Assembly: GCA_963422375.2 (NCBI GenBank)
Contig: OY729427.2
Coordinates: forward strand, 320,001-384,000
DNA: 64,000 nt
Source of the DNA: Bryobacterales bacterium
Lineage (GTDB): Bacteria > Acidobacteriota > Terriglobia > Bryobacterales > UBA6623
Reading direction: 5' to 3'
Position numbers and translations under genes: made by a program. Below are positions 40,387 through 51,148 of this stretch, one piece after another. Within the stretch, counting starts at the first letter, position 1. The number at the start of each line of letters is the position of its first letter. Below the pieces are notes generated by a model that worked only from the letters and a program-made list of their open reading frames with translations, was not told the DNA's origin and searched no databases.

Positions 40387-40779
40387 TCATCCCTTCCAAC
40401 TCCAATCGCGGGCTGACACGACTACTTCATCTTCCGCGGCGCCGGTGAGGCGGCACCACGCATCTCCAACTGCCCTGAGAAACCGCGCCCTCGTGGCGTT
40501 GTCGCAGCCGTCCGGGATCCGGCCGCGTACTAGCGATGTCCGGGAGGGCAGGCCTCCGCGGAACCCGTAGCCCTTCGCGACAACGGTCCAGGAATGGGCT
40601 ACGGGGGCCGACTCCGGTCCCAAGGCATCGCGGCAGATAGACTCGAGCGCAGATTCGATTGCGGGCCGCGTACCGACAGGAACGCATCCCTCCTGCACAA
40701 AGAAGTCCAGGCTGGTCGTCTGATCGCCGCGCTTCCGCCGCAAACTGACGGCCCGCGCTGTCCGGAAGAATCCTACCAC
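40387..40779 (-). CDS. Tautomerase-like hypothetical protein, start uncertain
   Basis: RARFLRAVGDAWCRLTGAAEDEVVVS resembles a tautomerase beta-alpha-beta unit. No Pro-1 is evident. Confidence 0.5.
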   Translation of the reverse strand: MVGFFRTARAVSLRRKRGDQTTSLDFFVQEGCVPVGTRPAIESALESICRDALGPESAPVAHSWTVVAKGYGFRGGLPSRTSLVRGRIPDGCDNATRARFLRAVGDAWCRLTGAAEDEVVVSARDWSWKG

Positions 40780-41190
40780 GTCCGCGCCGCCATTCGTCTC
40801 GCGACCGAATTCCGCCCCGGCAAGCCCGCCGCTGGCCGCTCAGGGAGCCTATCGCGGAACAGGCTGGACTCTTCCGCCTCAACCTGACCGCACGAGCGTA
40901 CTGCGAGCGCATGCAGCGCGTCTCCGCCGACATCACTCTGGCGCGACTCTGGCGCGGGAAACCTGCACCGTCGCGCTCACGAGAGATCCCGGCCTGTCCG
41001 CCACGACTGATACCTTCCAGTTCGGGGCAGCTTCTGTGGCCCGGGGCTGGACAACCAGTGTCTTCTGAATTGGAGTGCCAACCACTCCTAAGCAATCCGC
41101 ATAGCCACCCGTCAATCGCCAAGGCGATGGATTCCCTTCAGGGAAGGGCGCATTGGAACTCTTCTCAGGACTCCCTGATTTCAACGCCCC

Positions 41191-41903
41191 TCATTCAGAA
41201 GCAAAGCGAATGGCATGATCTGAGATCGATCTAACCAGATGATCCAATGAAGTCACGTCGCTTAAGCTAGTGAACTCACCGGAATCGGCTGACTCTTTCG
41301 AGGAGAGTAGAAGCTTGGCGCTAGAGTAGAGACCATTCTCGACAAGCCTTCTGCGATGCCCCTCTGAATTCGGGAGGCACTGGTAAAGTGTGGATCCAAC
41401 GTACTGACCGGTTTGCGAGATGCATCACAATCCTCAAGGAGCATAATCCATCCCAAGAACAGCCGCAGAGCATCCTTGCCGAATGCGCCCTTGCGGTAAG
41501 CAGTCCACAAATCCTGAGCGGACCCAACGGCTTCTTCTACTCGGTTATTGAAATTGTTCCCGAACGACGGACCAATTTTTAACTTGAACTCCAATGCAGC
41601 CACAAGCGTCCCTCGCTGCAGTACCAGCATATCCCAGAGTTTCGTCCTCCTGAAATATCCGGGCAGTTTCAAGAGCTTCCCTCGCTCGCAAACGTCAGCA
41701 GGGGCCAGCCCATTCGCATCGAATAATGCCTTTGATAGACTCGCGAATCCATCCATGTTCTTGCCAGCGATTACGGCTCCGCGCCCTCCAACATCCGGTA
41801 CTCCCGAATTAGATTGCCTCCCTAGAGCGGCTTGCCTGTTAGCCCAGAAAAATTTTACTGCTTCACGAGCACGCACCCGGTAATCGACTAGATTCACGCT
41901 CAT
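41191..41903 (-). pseudogene. PaeR7I/XhoI-family type II restriction endonuclease, frameshifted
   Basis: GRGAVIAGKNMDGF, LPGYFR.TKLWD and GPSFGNNFNNRVEEA. The natural-looking C-terminus (GLYSSAKLLLSS...SDVTSLDHLV...ASE*) is in another frame ending at 41191. Confidence 0.85.
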
Positions 41904-43300
41904 GGTGCTACACTGCCTTGCAGGAGAGTTGCCTCTCTTGTGCTCAATCCGTACAGCTCGCTGACAATGTCTTGAGCCATTCGTAAGTCATCTTCGTTCG
42001 AATCTCGTTCCAATTCCTTCCGAAAATCCGGACTCACATCGCTCCAATATGGAATTCGAACTCTACGCAAGTACTGCGCTTGAAAGCTGAGATATTCATC
42101 TCGCATCTTTGTGCTATAGAGCGACACAAATAGCCTTACAATGCCCGCCTTGAGTACAACCATCAGAGATTTTGTGTCCCACTGATTTGAGACAACGAAG
42201 TAAATTCCGATATGGTTCAATATCAAGATCGTCGTAAGTTACCGATAAAGTCCTTGTCAGAACCTGTAGCAACACCGATTCCTACGCGGCACTGGGTATC
42301 TTCAAGGCGTGGGTACTCCGCTTCAAGTCTGCGAGCCAATTCAAGGTGATCAAATGAGTCTAGAGCCCAAGGGGCATCGATCGCTGGAGTTTCGATCACC
42401 GAGCAATCTTGCGGGATATATTGCGTGTTGATTGCGGAAGATATCATCCGAAGATGATGTTGATCAATCACAGGTCTTGAACAAATACGAGTAGACCGCC
42501 TCCGGCTGTGTTCGATGATGATAATCGAGGGATAGGCGCTGACTGCAGAGTGGAATGCATCGGTTCCTACCATGTCAATGTAGGCCGTGAGACTGAATGT
42601 CCGACTCACGAACTCTCGAAGTCTCTTGCCATACTTGTTCTTAGTCCATCGGTCCGAGCATATGAACCCCAGTCGGGCCTTAGGTTCTAGCAACACCAAG
42701 GATCGTTCGATGAATGGCACATAGATGTCAGCCCGATCATAGATCGTCTCGAATCTCCATCTGTATTCGCTCATTAGTGCATCAGGAGTGCATCAGGGAT
42801 CGATTCCTGTCACACATAGGGCGGATTGCCAATGATGTGGGAGAAATCTTGGTCTAGATCTTCCAGTAGAAAGTCGCCTTGAATGAGCCATCTTCGTACG
42901 CCGGCTTCCGCACTAGCTGAGTCAATACGCTCCCTCACGAGCAATTTTTAGGACGGCATTCCGAGTCTGTCGAAAGGTATGGCGGTGCAGCTCAACGCCT
43001 CGGATTGCAGGTTTCAATTTGTGCGTTTCAAATCCTTCTGGAGATCTCCTCGCAGACTTCAGCAATCGCTCGACAGCAGGAAGGAGAAAATTTCTAGCCC
43101 CAAAGGACGGTTCTATCAGCCTGTAATCAACCAACACATGATCAACTGTGTAACCGACTAGATCAAGGATGAATTCAACGGCCTCGCGCCGCGTAAAAAC
43201 CGCGCCTCGTTCCTCAGATCGCCCGTCCTGCGCAAGAGTTTCGATTGCGTCGTTGACAGCAGATGGCCTTGGAAATAGTACCTGAAGTGGTCGCGGAACG
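41900..43300 (-). pseudogene. PaeR7I-type N6-adenine DNA methyltransferase, fragmented
   Basis: Fragments RGAVFTRREAVEFILDLVGY, EPSFG, IIGNPPYV (~42810-42840), ADIYVPFIERSL, VGIGVATG and FQAQYLRRVRIP lie in several frames with stops. Low GC. Confidence 0.88.
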
Positions 43301-43926
43301 AATTCGCAGCCATCATCCGATATCGAAGCTATGCACAGTCCGCCGGACTTCCGCCCAGATCGCTCGCCCGTGCGGGAATCTTCTCCAGAGACCGTGACGC
43401 CGGTCTAGGATCAAGGCCAAGGCAGGGCGAGGGCGAGTCCAAGATCTGCCAAGCAAATAAGAGTTTGCGGAAACCCAAGACTCCCGCCAGTCTGCCGTAC
43501 TTCCGGAGTTCCAAGGGCGAAGCCCGCTGCAACGAGATCCGCTGTCGTATCCGTTTCGCGTCAGGACAGCTGGCTCATACGCGCGACCTGCCACCGCCAA
43601 CGCATTCGAACGGGTACGGCAATTGACAAGCGAGCCGCGACCGAGGTTCCTCGCTGAAGAATCTTCGCGCACGCCTGGTCGGTCCAACTGGCAAGGTCCT
43701 CAGAGGATCTCTCCTGACACCCTAGCACGAAGTCGTCGCCGACGAGGGGGCCGGTTGTCGTCAAGCGATCAGTCCCTTGCGGCAGCTTCGACTGCAGCCG
43801 GCGCGGACTCCTTACGGGAGCGACCTCAGGTGCAGCGGGGAGAGGCCCTCCCGGCTACGGACATCGCTACAGCGGCAGGGGCGCGGGAGGCGATCGGCTA
43901 TACTGGCAGATCTGCATCGGTGATTC

Positions 43927-44901
43927 GTGCCCCCTCCAAGTACGCGCAAGACCATCTCGCTCCTCAAGCCTCGCGGGTTCTGCGCAGGCGTGGTCCGTGC
44001 CATCGACATCGTGGAGCACGCGGTTGCCGCCTACGGGCCTCCGATCTACGTCCGGAAGGAAATCGTCCACAATAGCCACGTGGTCAGAGATCTCGCCTCA
44101 CGGGGCGCGGTCTTCGTGGAGGAGGTCGAAGAAGTCCCCCCCGGCGGGCGCTTGATCTACAGCGCGCACGGAGTCGCGCCCTCGGTGCGCCGGGCGGCCA
44201 CGCAGCGCGGGCTCCGGGTCATCGACGCGACCTGCCCCTTGGTTACCAAGGTTCACCTCGAAGCGGTGCGGTTCGCCAAGGCTCGCAGCACGATCCTGCT
44301 GATCGGGCACGAAGACCATGACGAGGTGATTGGCACGGTCGGGGAGGCCCCGGACCGCACCATCGTGATCGCGTCCCGCGAGGAGGCCGAAACGGTGCAG
44401 GTACCCGATGGCAGCCTAGCATACCTGACCCAGACCACGCTGAGCGTCAGCGAGGCCGCCTCGATCATCGCCGTGCTGCGGCGACGGTTCCCCCACATTC
44501 AAGGCCCTCCAGCTCAAGACATCTGCTACGCAACCGAGAACCGCCAGCGGGCCGTCAGGGAGATCTCGCAGCACGCCGATCTGCTGCTGGTCGTCGGGTC
44601 GGACAACAGCTCGAATTCGCAGCGCATGGTGGAGGTCGGACACCTCGCCGGGCTCCGAGGGCACCTGATCAACGACAAGAATGACATCCGTGACACATGG
44701 CTAGACGGCATACGCCACGTCGCGGTCAGCGCAGGGGCGTCCGCCCCGGAAGACTTGGTCCAGAGCGTGGTGAGCGATCTGCGTAGCCGGGGATTCGACG
44801 AGGTGCAGGAGGTGGAGGCCGTCCACGAGGACGTCCGCTTCCCGCTACCGCCGGAGCTGCGCTCGACGCAGCGCCTCCGTCATGTCTCCTCGCATCGATG
44901 A
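43927..44901 (+). CDS. ispH: 4-hydroxy-3-methylbut-2-enyl diphosphate reductase
   Basis: PRGFCAGV, IVHN, SAHGV, DATCPLVTKVH, QTTLS, DICYAT.NRQ, SSNS and AGASAP. Confidence 0.96.
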   Translation: MPPPSTRKTISLLKPRGFCAGVVRAIDIVEHAVAAYGPPIYVRKEIVHNSHVVRDLASRGAVFVEEVEEVPPGGRLIYSAHGVAPSVRRAATQRGLRVIDATCPLVTKVHLEAVRFAKARSTILLIGHEDHDEVIGTVGEAPDRTIVIASREEAETVQVPDGSLAYLTQTTLSVSEAASIIAVLRRRFPHIQGPPAQDICYATENRQRAVREISQHADLLLVVGSDNSSNSQRMVEVGHLAGLRGHLINDKNDIRDTWLDGIRHVAVSAGASAPEDLVQSVVSDLRSRGFDEVQEVEAVHEDVRFPLPPELRSTQRLRHVSSHR

Positions 44902-46871
44902 GACCCGTCGCAGGAGGAAGGGTCGAATTTGCGGCCAGGGGCGGTGAGGTCGCCGACCCGGTCGCGGAGGCAGGCCGGGCGGTCGGCGCGGCCTGCGCCT
45001 ACCTGCTGAATCGGCAGGAATCGGCAGGCTGCTGGGTCGGGGAAGTCGAAGGCGACACCACTCTCGCCTCGGATTTCATCCTGCTGCAGCTCTGGCTCTA
45101 CCAGCCCGGTGCCGACGGCCGCTGGAATCCGCCGACGCGGCCGCGGGTCGAGGCAGCGTGCCGGCGAATCCTGCAAGCGCAGCTTGGCGACGGCGGCTGG
45201 AACGTTTACCCGGGCGGCCCGTCGAACGTCAGCGCATCGGCGAAGGCCTACTGCAGCCTCAGGCTCGCCGGCATCGACGCCGACGATCCGCGGATGCTCC
45301 GCGCGGCGTCCCGAATCCGGGGACTCGGGGGCGTCGAGGCGGCGAACAGCTACACCAAGATCTACTTGAGCTATTTCGGCCTGTACCCGCGGTCGGACGT
45401 CCCATCCATTCCGCCCGAGATCTTCCTGCTGGCGGAGAGGAGCGGTTTCGGCGTCTATGCCATGTCCTCCTGGAGCCGCACGATGCTCGCGCCGCTCTCC
45501 ATCCTCGACGCCAGCAAGGCCAGGCGTCGCGTGCCGAGCGGTGCCTCCGTCAATGAGATTCTCTCGGGCCGAAAGCCGGCCCGGCCCGAGAGGTCCGCAT
45601 GGAAGCGGCTCTTCCTGCTCCTCGACAAGGCGATCAAGCTAATCGAGTCCAGCGGGCCCGTCCCAACACGTTCCGAGGCCGTCGCGGCTGCGTCTGCATG
45701 GATGCTGGCCCGCCTCGAGCGATCCGAGGGCCTCGGCGCGATCTTCCCCGCCATGGTGAATTCGATCATGGCCCTGACCGAGCTGGGCTACGGGCTCGAC
45801 CACCCCCTTCTCAAGCGCGAGATCGCCCATTTCGAGAACCTCGCGCTGGAAGACGGGCGCGGATTCCGCGTGCAGCCCTGCCACTCGCCGGTTTGGGACA
45901 CGGCCCTGGCCACGTACGCGATCGGCTCTTCGACGAGGGATCCGGACGCGCCCTCGCGCTGGGCCCTGGGCAGGGCGGCGCACTGGCTAGTCTCCAAGCA
46001 GGTGCGCGGGCCGGGAGACTGGTCCGTGCGCCGACCGGACACCGAGCCGGGCGGGTGGTTCTTCCAGCACGCGAACGAGCCGTATCCCGACACGGACGAC
46101 ACGGCGATGGTCCTGCTCGCCCTCGACCGCGCCCGCAGCCCGGATGCGGCAGGCCAGCGCGAGGCCGAACGCAGGGCAGTCGACTGGCTGGTCGCGATGC
46201 AGTCCTCGGACGGCGGCTGGGCCGCCTTCGACGTCGACAGCTGCAACGCCATCCTTACCCACGTGCCATTCGCCGACCACAACGCCATGCTCGACCCGAC
46301 GTGCGCGGACATCACCGGACGCGTGCTGGAGGCCCTGTCCGGCCGGGCGGACCCGACCTGCGCCGAGGCGGTCCGGCGCGGGATCGCGTACCTGCGCGGC
46401 ACGCAGGAGGCGGACGGCTCCTGGTACGGCCGCTGGGGCGTCAACTACATCTACGGCACCTGCTTCGCCCTGCGCGGCCTGCGCGCCGCGGGCGTAGCGG
46501 CGAGCGACCCGGCAGTCCTCCGCGCGGGGGAATGGATCCGGTCCGTCCAGAACGCCGACGGCGGATGGGGCGAGTCCCCGGCGAGCTACGACGACCCGAG
46601 CCTGCGGGGCGTCGGCGAGTCGACCCCGTCCCAGACGGCCTGGGCCCTGATGGGGCTGTTCGCGACGGACGACCTCGAAAGCAGCTCGTCCGAGGAGGGA
46701 GTCCGCTACCTCCTGGACAGGCAAACACCGACGGGATCCTGGCACGAGCAGGCCTGCACGGGAAGCGGCTTTCCGAGGGTGTTCTACTTGCGGTACCACA
46801 TGTATCCCCAGTACTTCCCCCTGATCGCGCTGGGCGAGTACCTGCAGCGCCGAAGGCGAGGGTCGCCGTGA
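44898..46871 (+). CDS. shc: Squalene-hopene cyclase
   Basis: PDTDDTA catalytic motif, QW repeats (QSSDGGW, QEADGSWYGRWGVNY, QNADGGWGE), SPVWDT and GFPRVFYLRY. Confidence 0.96.
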   Translation: MRPVAGGRVEFAARGGEVADPVAEAGRAVGAACAYLLNRQESAGCWVGEVEGDTTLASDFILLQLWLYQPGADGRWNPPTRPRVEAACRRILQAQLGDGGWNVYPGGPSNVSASAKAYCSLRLAGIDADDPRMLRAASRIRGLGGVEAANSYTKIYLSYFGLYPRSDVPSIPPEIFLLAERSGFGVYAMSSWSRTMLAPLSILDASKARRRVPSGASVNEILSGRKPARPERSAWKRLFLLLDKAIKLIESSGPVPTRSEAVAAASAWMLARLERSEGLGAIFPAMVNSIMALTELGYGLDHPLLKREIAHFENLALEDGRGFRVQPCHSPVWDTALATYAIGSSTRDPDAPSRWALGRAAHWLVSKQVRGPGDWSVRRPDTEPGGWFFQHANEPYPDTDDTAMVLLALDRARSPDAAGQREAERRAVDWLVAMQSSDGGWAAFDVDSCNAILTHVPFADHNAMLDPTCADITGRVLEALSGRADPTCAEAVRRGIAYLRGTQEADGSWYGRWGVNYIYGTCFALRGLRAAGVAASDPAVLRAGEWIRSVQNADGGWGESPASYDDPSLRGVGESTPSQTAWALMGLFATDDLESSSSEEGVRYLLDRQTPTGSWHEQACTGSGFPRVFYLRYHMYPQYFPLIALGEYLQRRRRGSP

Positions 46872-47965
46872 GGCTGCCGCTTTCCACCACCCTGCGCCTG
46901 GGCGCCTACGTGGCCCGCCACCGAGCCTTCCCGCGCCCCGAGTGGCAGCGCGACCCCGCGCCGAGCGCGGATCCCTTCCCGATCCTTGCTTCGGCGCCGA
47001 CCGCTGCGGGCCTGCCGCATCCGATGCTGCGCAAGCGCTTCCCGCTGGTCCTGATGCTTGAACCGCTGCACGCCTGCAACCTCACCTGCACGGGGTGCGG
47101 CCGCATTCGCGAGTACGAGGCGACCATCACGGAGAGGCTGCCCCTCGCGGCCTGCATGGGCGCGATCGAGGAATGCGGCGCACCGGTCGTGTCCGTGTGC
47201 GGCGGGGAGCCGCTGATGTACAAGCCCATCGGGAAGCTGGTAGCGGGTGCCCTGCGCCTGAAGCGTCACGTGTACCTCTGCACGAACGGCATGTTCGTCA
47301 AAGCCCGCCTGCAGGACTTCCGGCCGCACAAGCGCTTCTTCTTCAACATCCACTTGGACGGCCTGCGCGACACGCACGACCGCGCGGTCGAGAGGGCCGG
47401 AGTGTTCGACGCGGCGATCGAGGGCATCCGGGCCGCCAAGGCGGCCGGTCACATGGTCTGCACCAACACCACCGTGTATCGCGAGACCGACATGGCGGAG
47501 GTAGAGGCGCTGTTCGAGTTCCTGCAGTCATACGGCGTCGACGGCCACATGCTCTCGCCCGCGTACGGCTACTCGGCGGTCGGCACGCGGGAAATCTTCC
47601 TCCGCCGGGAGGAGATCCACGAGAAGTTCCGCGACGTGGACCGCCTTTTCCGGCGGTTCCGCATGAACACGACCCCGGCCTACGCGGAGTTCCTGCAGGG
47701 CAGCCGCGACATGCCCTGCACGGCATGGGGCAACCCGACCTACAACACCAAGGGCTGGAAGGGCCCGTGCTACCTGATCACTGACGCCCACTGGGACAGC
47801 TTCGAGGACCTGATGAGCGAGACACCTTGGAATCGCTACGGCCGCGGCAACGACGAGCGCTGCGAGCACTGCATGGTCCATTGCGGCTACGAGCCCTCGG
47901 CCGCGCTCGGCGTGAACAGCAGGCTGGGAGACAGCCTGCGCATGATCCGCTGGGCGCTATCCTGA
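46868..47965 (+). CDS. hpnH: Adenosyl-hopene transferase (radical SAM)
   Basis: PLVLMLEPLHACNLTCTGCGR (CxxxCxxC), CTAWGNPT and CMVHCGYEP. GTG overlaps the shc stop. Confidence 0.93.
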   Translation: MRLPLSTTLRLGAYVARHRAFPRPEWQRDPAPSADPFPILASAPTAAGLPHPMLRKRFPLVLMLEPLHACNLTCTGCGRIREYEATITERLPLAACMGAIEECGAPVVSVCGGEPLMYKPIGKLVAGALRLKRHVYLCTNGMFVKARLQDFRPHKRFFFNIHLDGLRDTHDRAVERAGVFDAAIEGIRAAKAAGHMVCTNTTVYRETDMAEVEALFEFLQSYGVDGHMLSPAYGYSAVGTREIFLRREEIHEKFRDVDRLFRRFRMNTTPAYAEFLQGSRDMPCTAWGNPTYNTKGWKGPCYLITDAHWDSFEDLMSETPWNRYGRGNDERCEHCMVHCGYEPSAALGVNSRLGDSLRMIRWALS

Positions 47966-48010
47966 TGGCTGGGCGGGCGTCGCGCGAGCGTCGCAGGACT
48001 GGACGGAACG

Positions 48011-49045
48011 ATGAAGGCGCTTGTCCTCAGCGAATACCGGCGCTTGGACCTGCAAGACGTCCCGCTCCCGAGAGTCGCCGCCGGCGACGTGCTAGTCCGG
48101 GTGCGCTCCTGCGGAATCTGCGGCAGCGACGTCCACGGCTACGACGGCAGCTCGGGCCGGCGAATCCCCCCGGTGATCATGGGGCACGAGGCCTCGGGAG
48201 AGGTCGCGGCCGTCGGTGACGGCGTCCAAGACTTCGCGCCCGGCGAGCGGGTCACTTTCGACTCGATGATCAGCTGCCGCAACTGCCTGTTCTGCCGGCG
48301 CGGCCGGCCGAACCTCTGCGAGGACCGCAGGGTGCTCGGCGTCTCGTGCGAGGACTACCGCCGCCACGGGGCCTTCGCCGAGTACGTGGCAGTGCCCGAG
48401 CACATCGTGTTCCGGGTGCCGGACGGCGTGTGCTTCGACGAGGCGGCGATGGTGGAGCCCGTGTCGGTGGCCGCTCACGCGGTCACGCGGGCGGCGCCGT
48501 CTCTCGGTGACACCGCTCTCGTCGTGGGCGCGGGGATGATCGGGCTGCTAACGGTCCAGGCGCTGCGGGCCGCGGGCTGCGGCCGCATCCTGTCGGTCGA
48601 CCTGACGGCCGACCGCCTGCGCATCGCGAAGGAGCTCGGCGCGGACGAGACAATTCGATCCGGCGACGGCACGGACGTGGCCGCCATCGTCCGGGAGCGG
48701 ACCGGCGGACTGGGGGCCGACCTGGCCATGGAAGCCGTCGGGGCCGACGCTACGGTGGCGATGTCGATCGACAGCGTGCGCAAGGGCGGCCGGGTTGTCC
48801 TGATCGGCAACATCGCGCCGACGGTGACCTTCGGGCTGCAGAGCGTAGTGACCAGGGAAATCGACGTACTGGGCTCGTGCGCGTCCTCGAACGACTACCC
48901 GGCTTGCCTGGGGCTCATGCAGCGCGGCGCGATCCGGGTGCGCCCGGTCCTGAGCGCGACGGTGCCTCTCGAGCGCGGGCCGGAAATGTTCGACAGGCTG
49001 TACGCCCGCGAGCCGGGCCTGACGAAGGTGATCCTGCAGCCGTGA
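48011..49045 (+). CDS. Zinc-dependent sugar-alcohol dehydrogenase (MDR family)
   Basis: CGICGSD, GHE, the CxxCxxC..C structural Zn site and GAGMIG. Confidence 0.9.
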   Translation: MKALVLSEYRRLDLQDVPLPRVAAGDVLVRVRSCGICGSDVHGYDGSSGRRIPPVIMGHEASGEVAAVGDGVQDFAPGERVTFDSMISCRNCLFCRRGRPNLCEDRRVLGVSCEDYRRHGAFAEYVAVPEHIVFRVPDGVCFDEAAMVEPVSVAAHAVTRAAPSLGDTALVVGAGMIGLLTVQALRAAGCGRILSVDLTADRLRIAKELGADETIRSGDGTDVAAIVRERTGGLGADLAMEAVGADATVAMSIDSVRKGGRVVLIGNIAPTVTFGLQSVVTREIDVLGSCASSNDYPACLGLMQRGAIRVRPVLSATVPLERGPEMFDRLYAREPGLTKVILQP

Positions 49046-49079
49046 CGCGGCAGCGGATCGGGGCGGCGAGCCGGACGCG

Positions 49080-50003
49080 ATGGCACGGAGGGACGGAGCG
49101 GCGGACGGCTGCGTGCGGCTGGCCTTGGTGCAGATGCGCTGCGGCGCCGACCCGGACGAGAACATGGCCACGGCCTTGCGGCTGGTCGCAGCGGCTGCCG
49201 GTCGCGGCGCCCAGGTGGCTTGCCTGCCCGAGCTCTTCCGCACGCAGTACTTCTGCCAGGAGCAGAACAGCGCTCACTTCGACCTGGCCGAGCCGGTGCC
49301 CGGCCCGACCACGGATCAGCTGCGAGCGGCGGCGGTGCGACACGGCATCGTCATCGTGGGATCGGTATTCGAGCGACGCGACGCCGGTGTGTACCACAAC
49401 ACCGCCGTCGTGATCGACGCGGACGGCCGGCTGCTGGGCCGCTACCGCAAGATGCACGTCCCGGACGACCCGCTGTATTACGAGAAGTTCTATTTCGCTC
49501 CGGGCGATCTCGGCTTCCGGGCCTTCCCGACCCGCTTCGGGAGCGTCGCGGTACTTGTCTGCTGGGACCAGTGGTTTCCCGAAGCCGCCCGGCTCGCCGC
49601 GCTGCGCGGCGCCCGGATCATCGTCTGCCCTACCGCTATCGGGTGGCACCCGCGCGAGAAGCTGGCCTGGGGCCGGCGGCAGCTGGAGGCCTGGCAGGTG
49701 GCCCAGCGCGCCCACGCGATCGCGAACGGGGTGTTCGTCGCCGCCGTGAACCGCGTCGGGGCGGAACGGCCGCTGGACGGCTCCGCGAGCCGACCGGCGA
49801 ATTACGAGGGCCTCGAGTTCTGGGGGCGGTCCTTCGTGGCCGGCCCGCTCGGCGAGGTCGTGGCCGCAGCCGGCGGGGACGAGGACGTCCTGCACGCCGA
49901 GTGCGACCTCGCGAGCGTCGAATCAACGCGCCGGGACTGGCCCTTCCTGCGCGACCGCCGAATCGATGCCTACGGCGGACTCCAGGAGCGGACGCTCCAA
50001 TGA
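49080..50003 (+). CDS. aguB: N-carbamoylputrescine amidase (carbon-nitrogen hydrolase)
   Basis: LPELF, YRKMHVPDDP.YYEKFYF, VCWDQWFPE, PTAIGW and WPFLRDRR. Adjacent to agmatine deiminase. Confidence 0.88.
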   Translation: MARRDGAADGCVRLALVQMRCGADPDENMATALRLVAAAAGRGAQVACLPELFRTQYFCQEQNSAHFDLAEPVPGPTTDQLRAAAVRHGIVIVGSVFERRDAGVYHNTAVVIDADGRLLGRYRKMHVPDDPLYYEKFYFAPGDLGFRAFPTRFGSVAVLVCWDQWFPEAARLAALRGARIIVCPTAIGWHPREKLAWGRRQLEAWQVAQRAHAIANGVFVAAVNRVGAERPLDGSASRPANYEGLEFWGRSFVAGPLGEVVAAAGGDEDVLHAECDLASVESTRRDWPFLRDRRIDAYGGLQERTLQ

Positions 50004-51142
50004 CCGCGGCGACCGGCCCGGACATCCGCATGCCGGCCGAGTGGGAGCCGCACGAGGCCACCTGGCTGGCCTACCCGCACCACAAGGGCGACTGGCCGGG
50101 CAAGCTGGAGGCGGCGCGGTGGGCGTTCGTCGAATTCGTGCGCGTCCTGCAGGACTACGAGCTCGTGCAGGTGCTGGTCCGCAACGACTCGGAAGCGCGT
50201 CAGTTCGTCTCGAAGCTGCGGCGGTCCGGAGGCGACCCGGAGGCCCTCGGCATCCACTTCTGCGCAACGGACCGCTCTTGGCTGCGAGACTCCGGGCCCA
50301 CCTTCGCGTTTCGTGGCGAGAGCCTCATCGCGGTCTGCTGGCACTTCGACGGCTGGGGCCGCTATCCGGACCACCGGCAGGACGCGCTGGTCGGCGCGTT
50401 CGTGGCGCGGGCCGCCGGGGCCCCGGTGCATCGCCTGTCCGCTCAGGAATTCGGAGCCGTCGAGGGCGGAGCGATCGACTGCAACGGCAACGGCACTTTC
50501 ATGGCATCCGAGCAGTGCGCCCTCCGGGCGCACGGGGGGACCGAGGACCGCTGGCGCACGCGCGAAGCGCTCGAGAGGGCTCTGCGCGATACCCTCGGAG
50601 CGGTCAAGGTCCTGTGGCTGGACCGCGGCCTTCAGGGCGACGACACCAGCGGACACGTCGACACTCTCGCCCGATTCACGGGCCCGAGCACGGCGGCCGC
50701 CGTCGTCGAGACCGATCCTCGGGACGTCAACTACCGGGCGCTGCAGGACAACCTGCGCAGGCTGCGACTCATGCGAGTCGAGAGCGGCCGGGAGCTCGAC
50801 ATCGTCGAGCTGCCCATGCCCCGCCCGCTGTACTACGACGGGGACCGCCTGCCGGCCACGTACGCGAACTTCTACGTCGCCAACGGCTGCGTGCTCGTGC
50901 CGACCTACAACGATCCCAGCGACCGGGTCGCGCTACGCCTGCTCGAGGCCTGCTTCCCCGGACGGGAGGTGCGTGGCATTCACTGCGTGGACGTCGCGCT
51001 GGGCCTAGGGACGCTGCACTGCCTGGCCCAGCAGCAGCCGCAGGCGCCAGAACGCGCGCGGAGCCAGCGGCGGGCCCTGGCGGCACAGGCGATAATGGAC
51101 TCGGAGCTGGAGAAAACCATCAGCGACTCCGAGCCGTCATAA
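50000..51142 (+). CDS. aguA: Agmatine deiminase family protein
   Basis: RMPAEWEPH, WLRDSGP, EGGAI, DDTSGHVD, ATYANF and GTLHC. Confidence 0.92.
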   Translation: MTAATGPDIRMPAEWEPHEATWLAYPHHKGDWPGKLEAARWAFVEFVRVLQDYELVQVLVRNDSEARQFVSKLRRSGGDPEALGIHFCATDRSWLRDSGPTFAFRGESLIAVCWHFDGWGRYPDHRQDALVGAFVARAAGAPVHRLSAQEFGAVEGGAIDCNGNGTFMASEQCALRAHGGTEDRWRTREALERALRDTLGAVKVLWLDRGLQGDDTSGHVDTLARFTGPSTAAAVVETDPRDVNYRALQDNLRRLRLMRVESGRELDIVELPMPRPLYYDGDRLPATYANFYVANGCVLVPTYNDPSDRVALRLLEACFPGREVRGIHCVDVALGLGTLHCLAQQQPQAPERARSQRRALAAQAIMDSELEKTISDSEPS

Positions 51143-51148
51143 GTGAGT

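Noticed and set aside
45599..46867. Long N-terminal extensions on hpnH (also on aguA, the uxuA-like gene and the DUF1553 gene) in the ORF track
   Set aside because: They overlap neighbouring genes in other frames or on the other strand. Family homology starts at the downstream starts given in the features.
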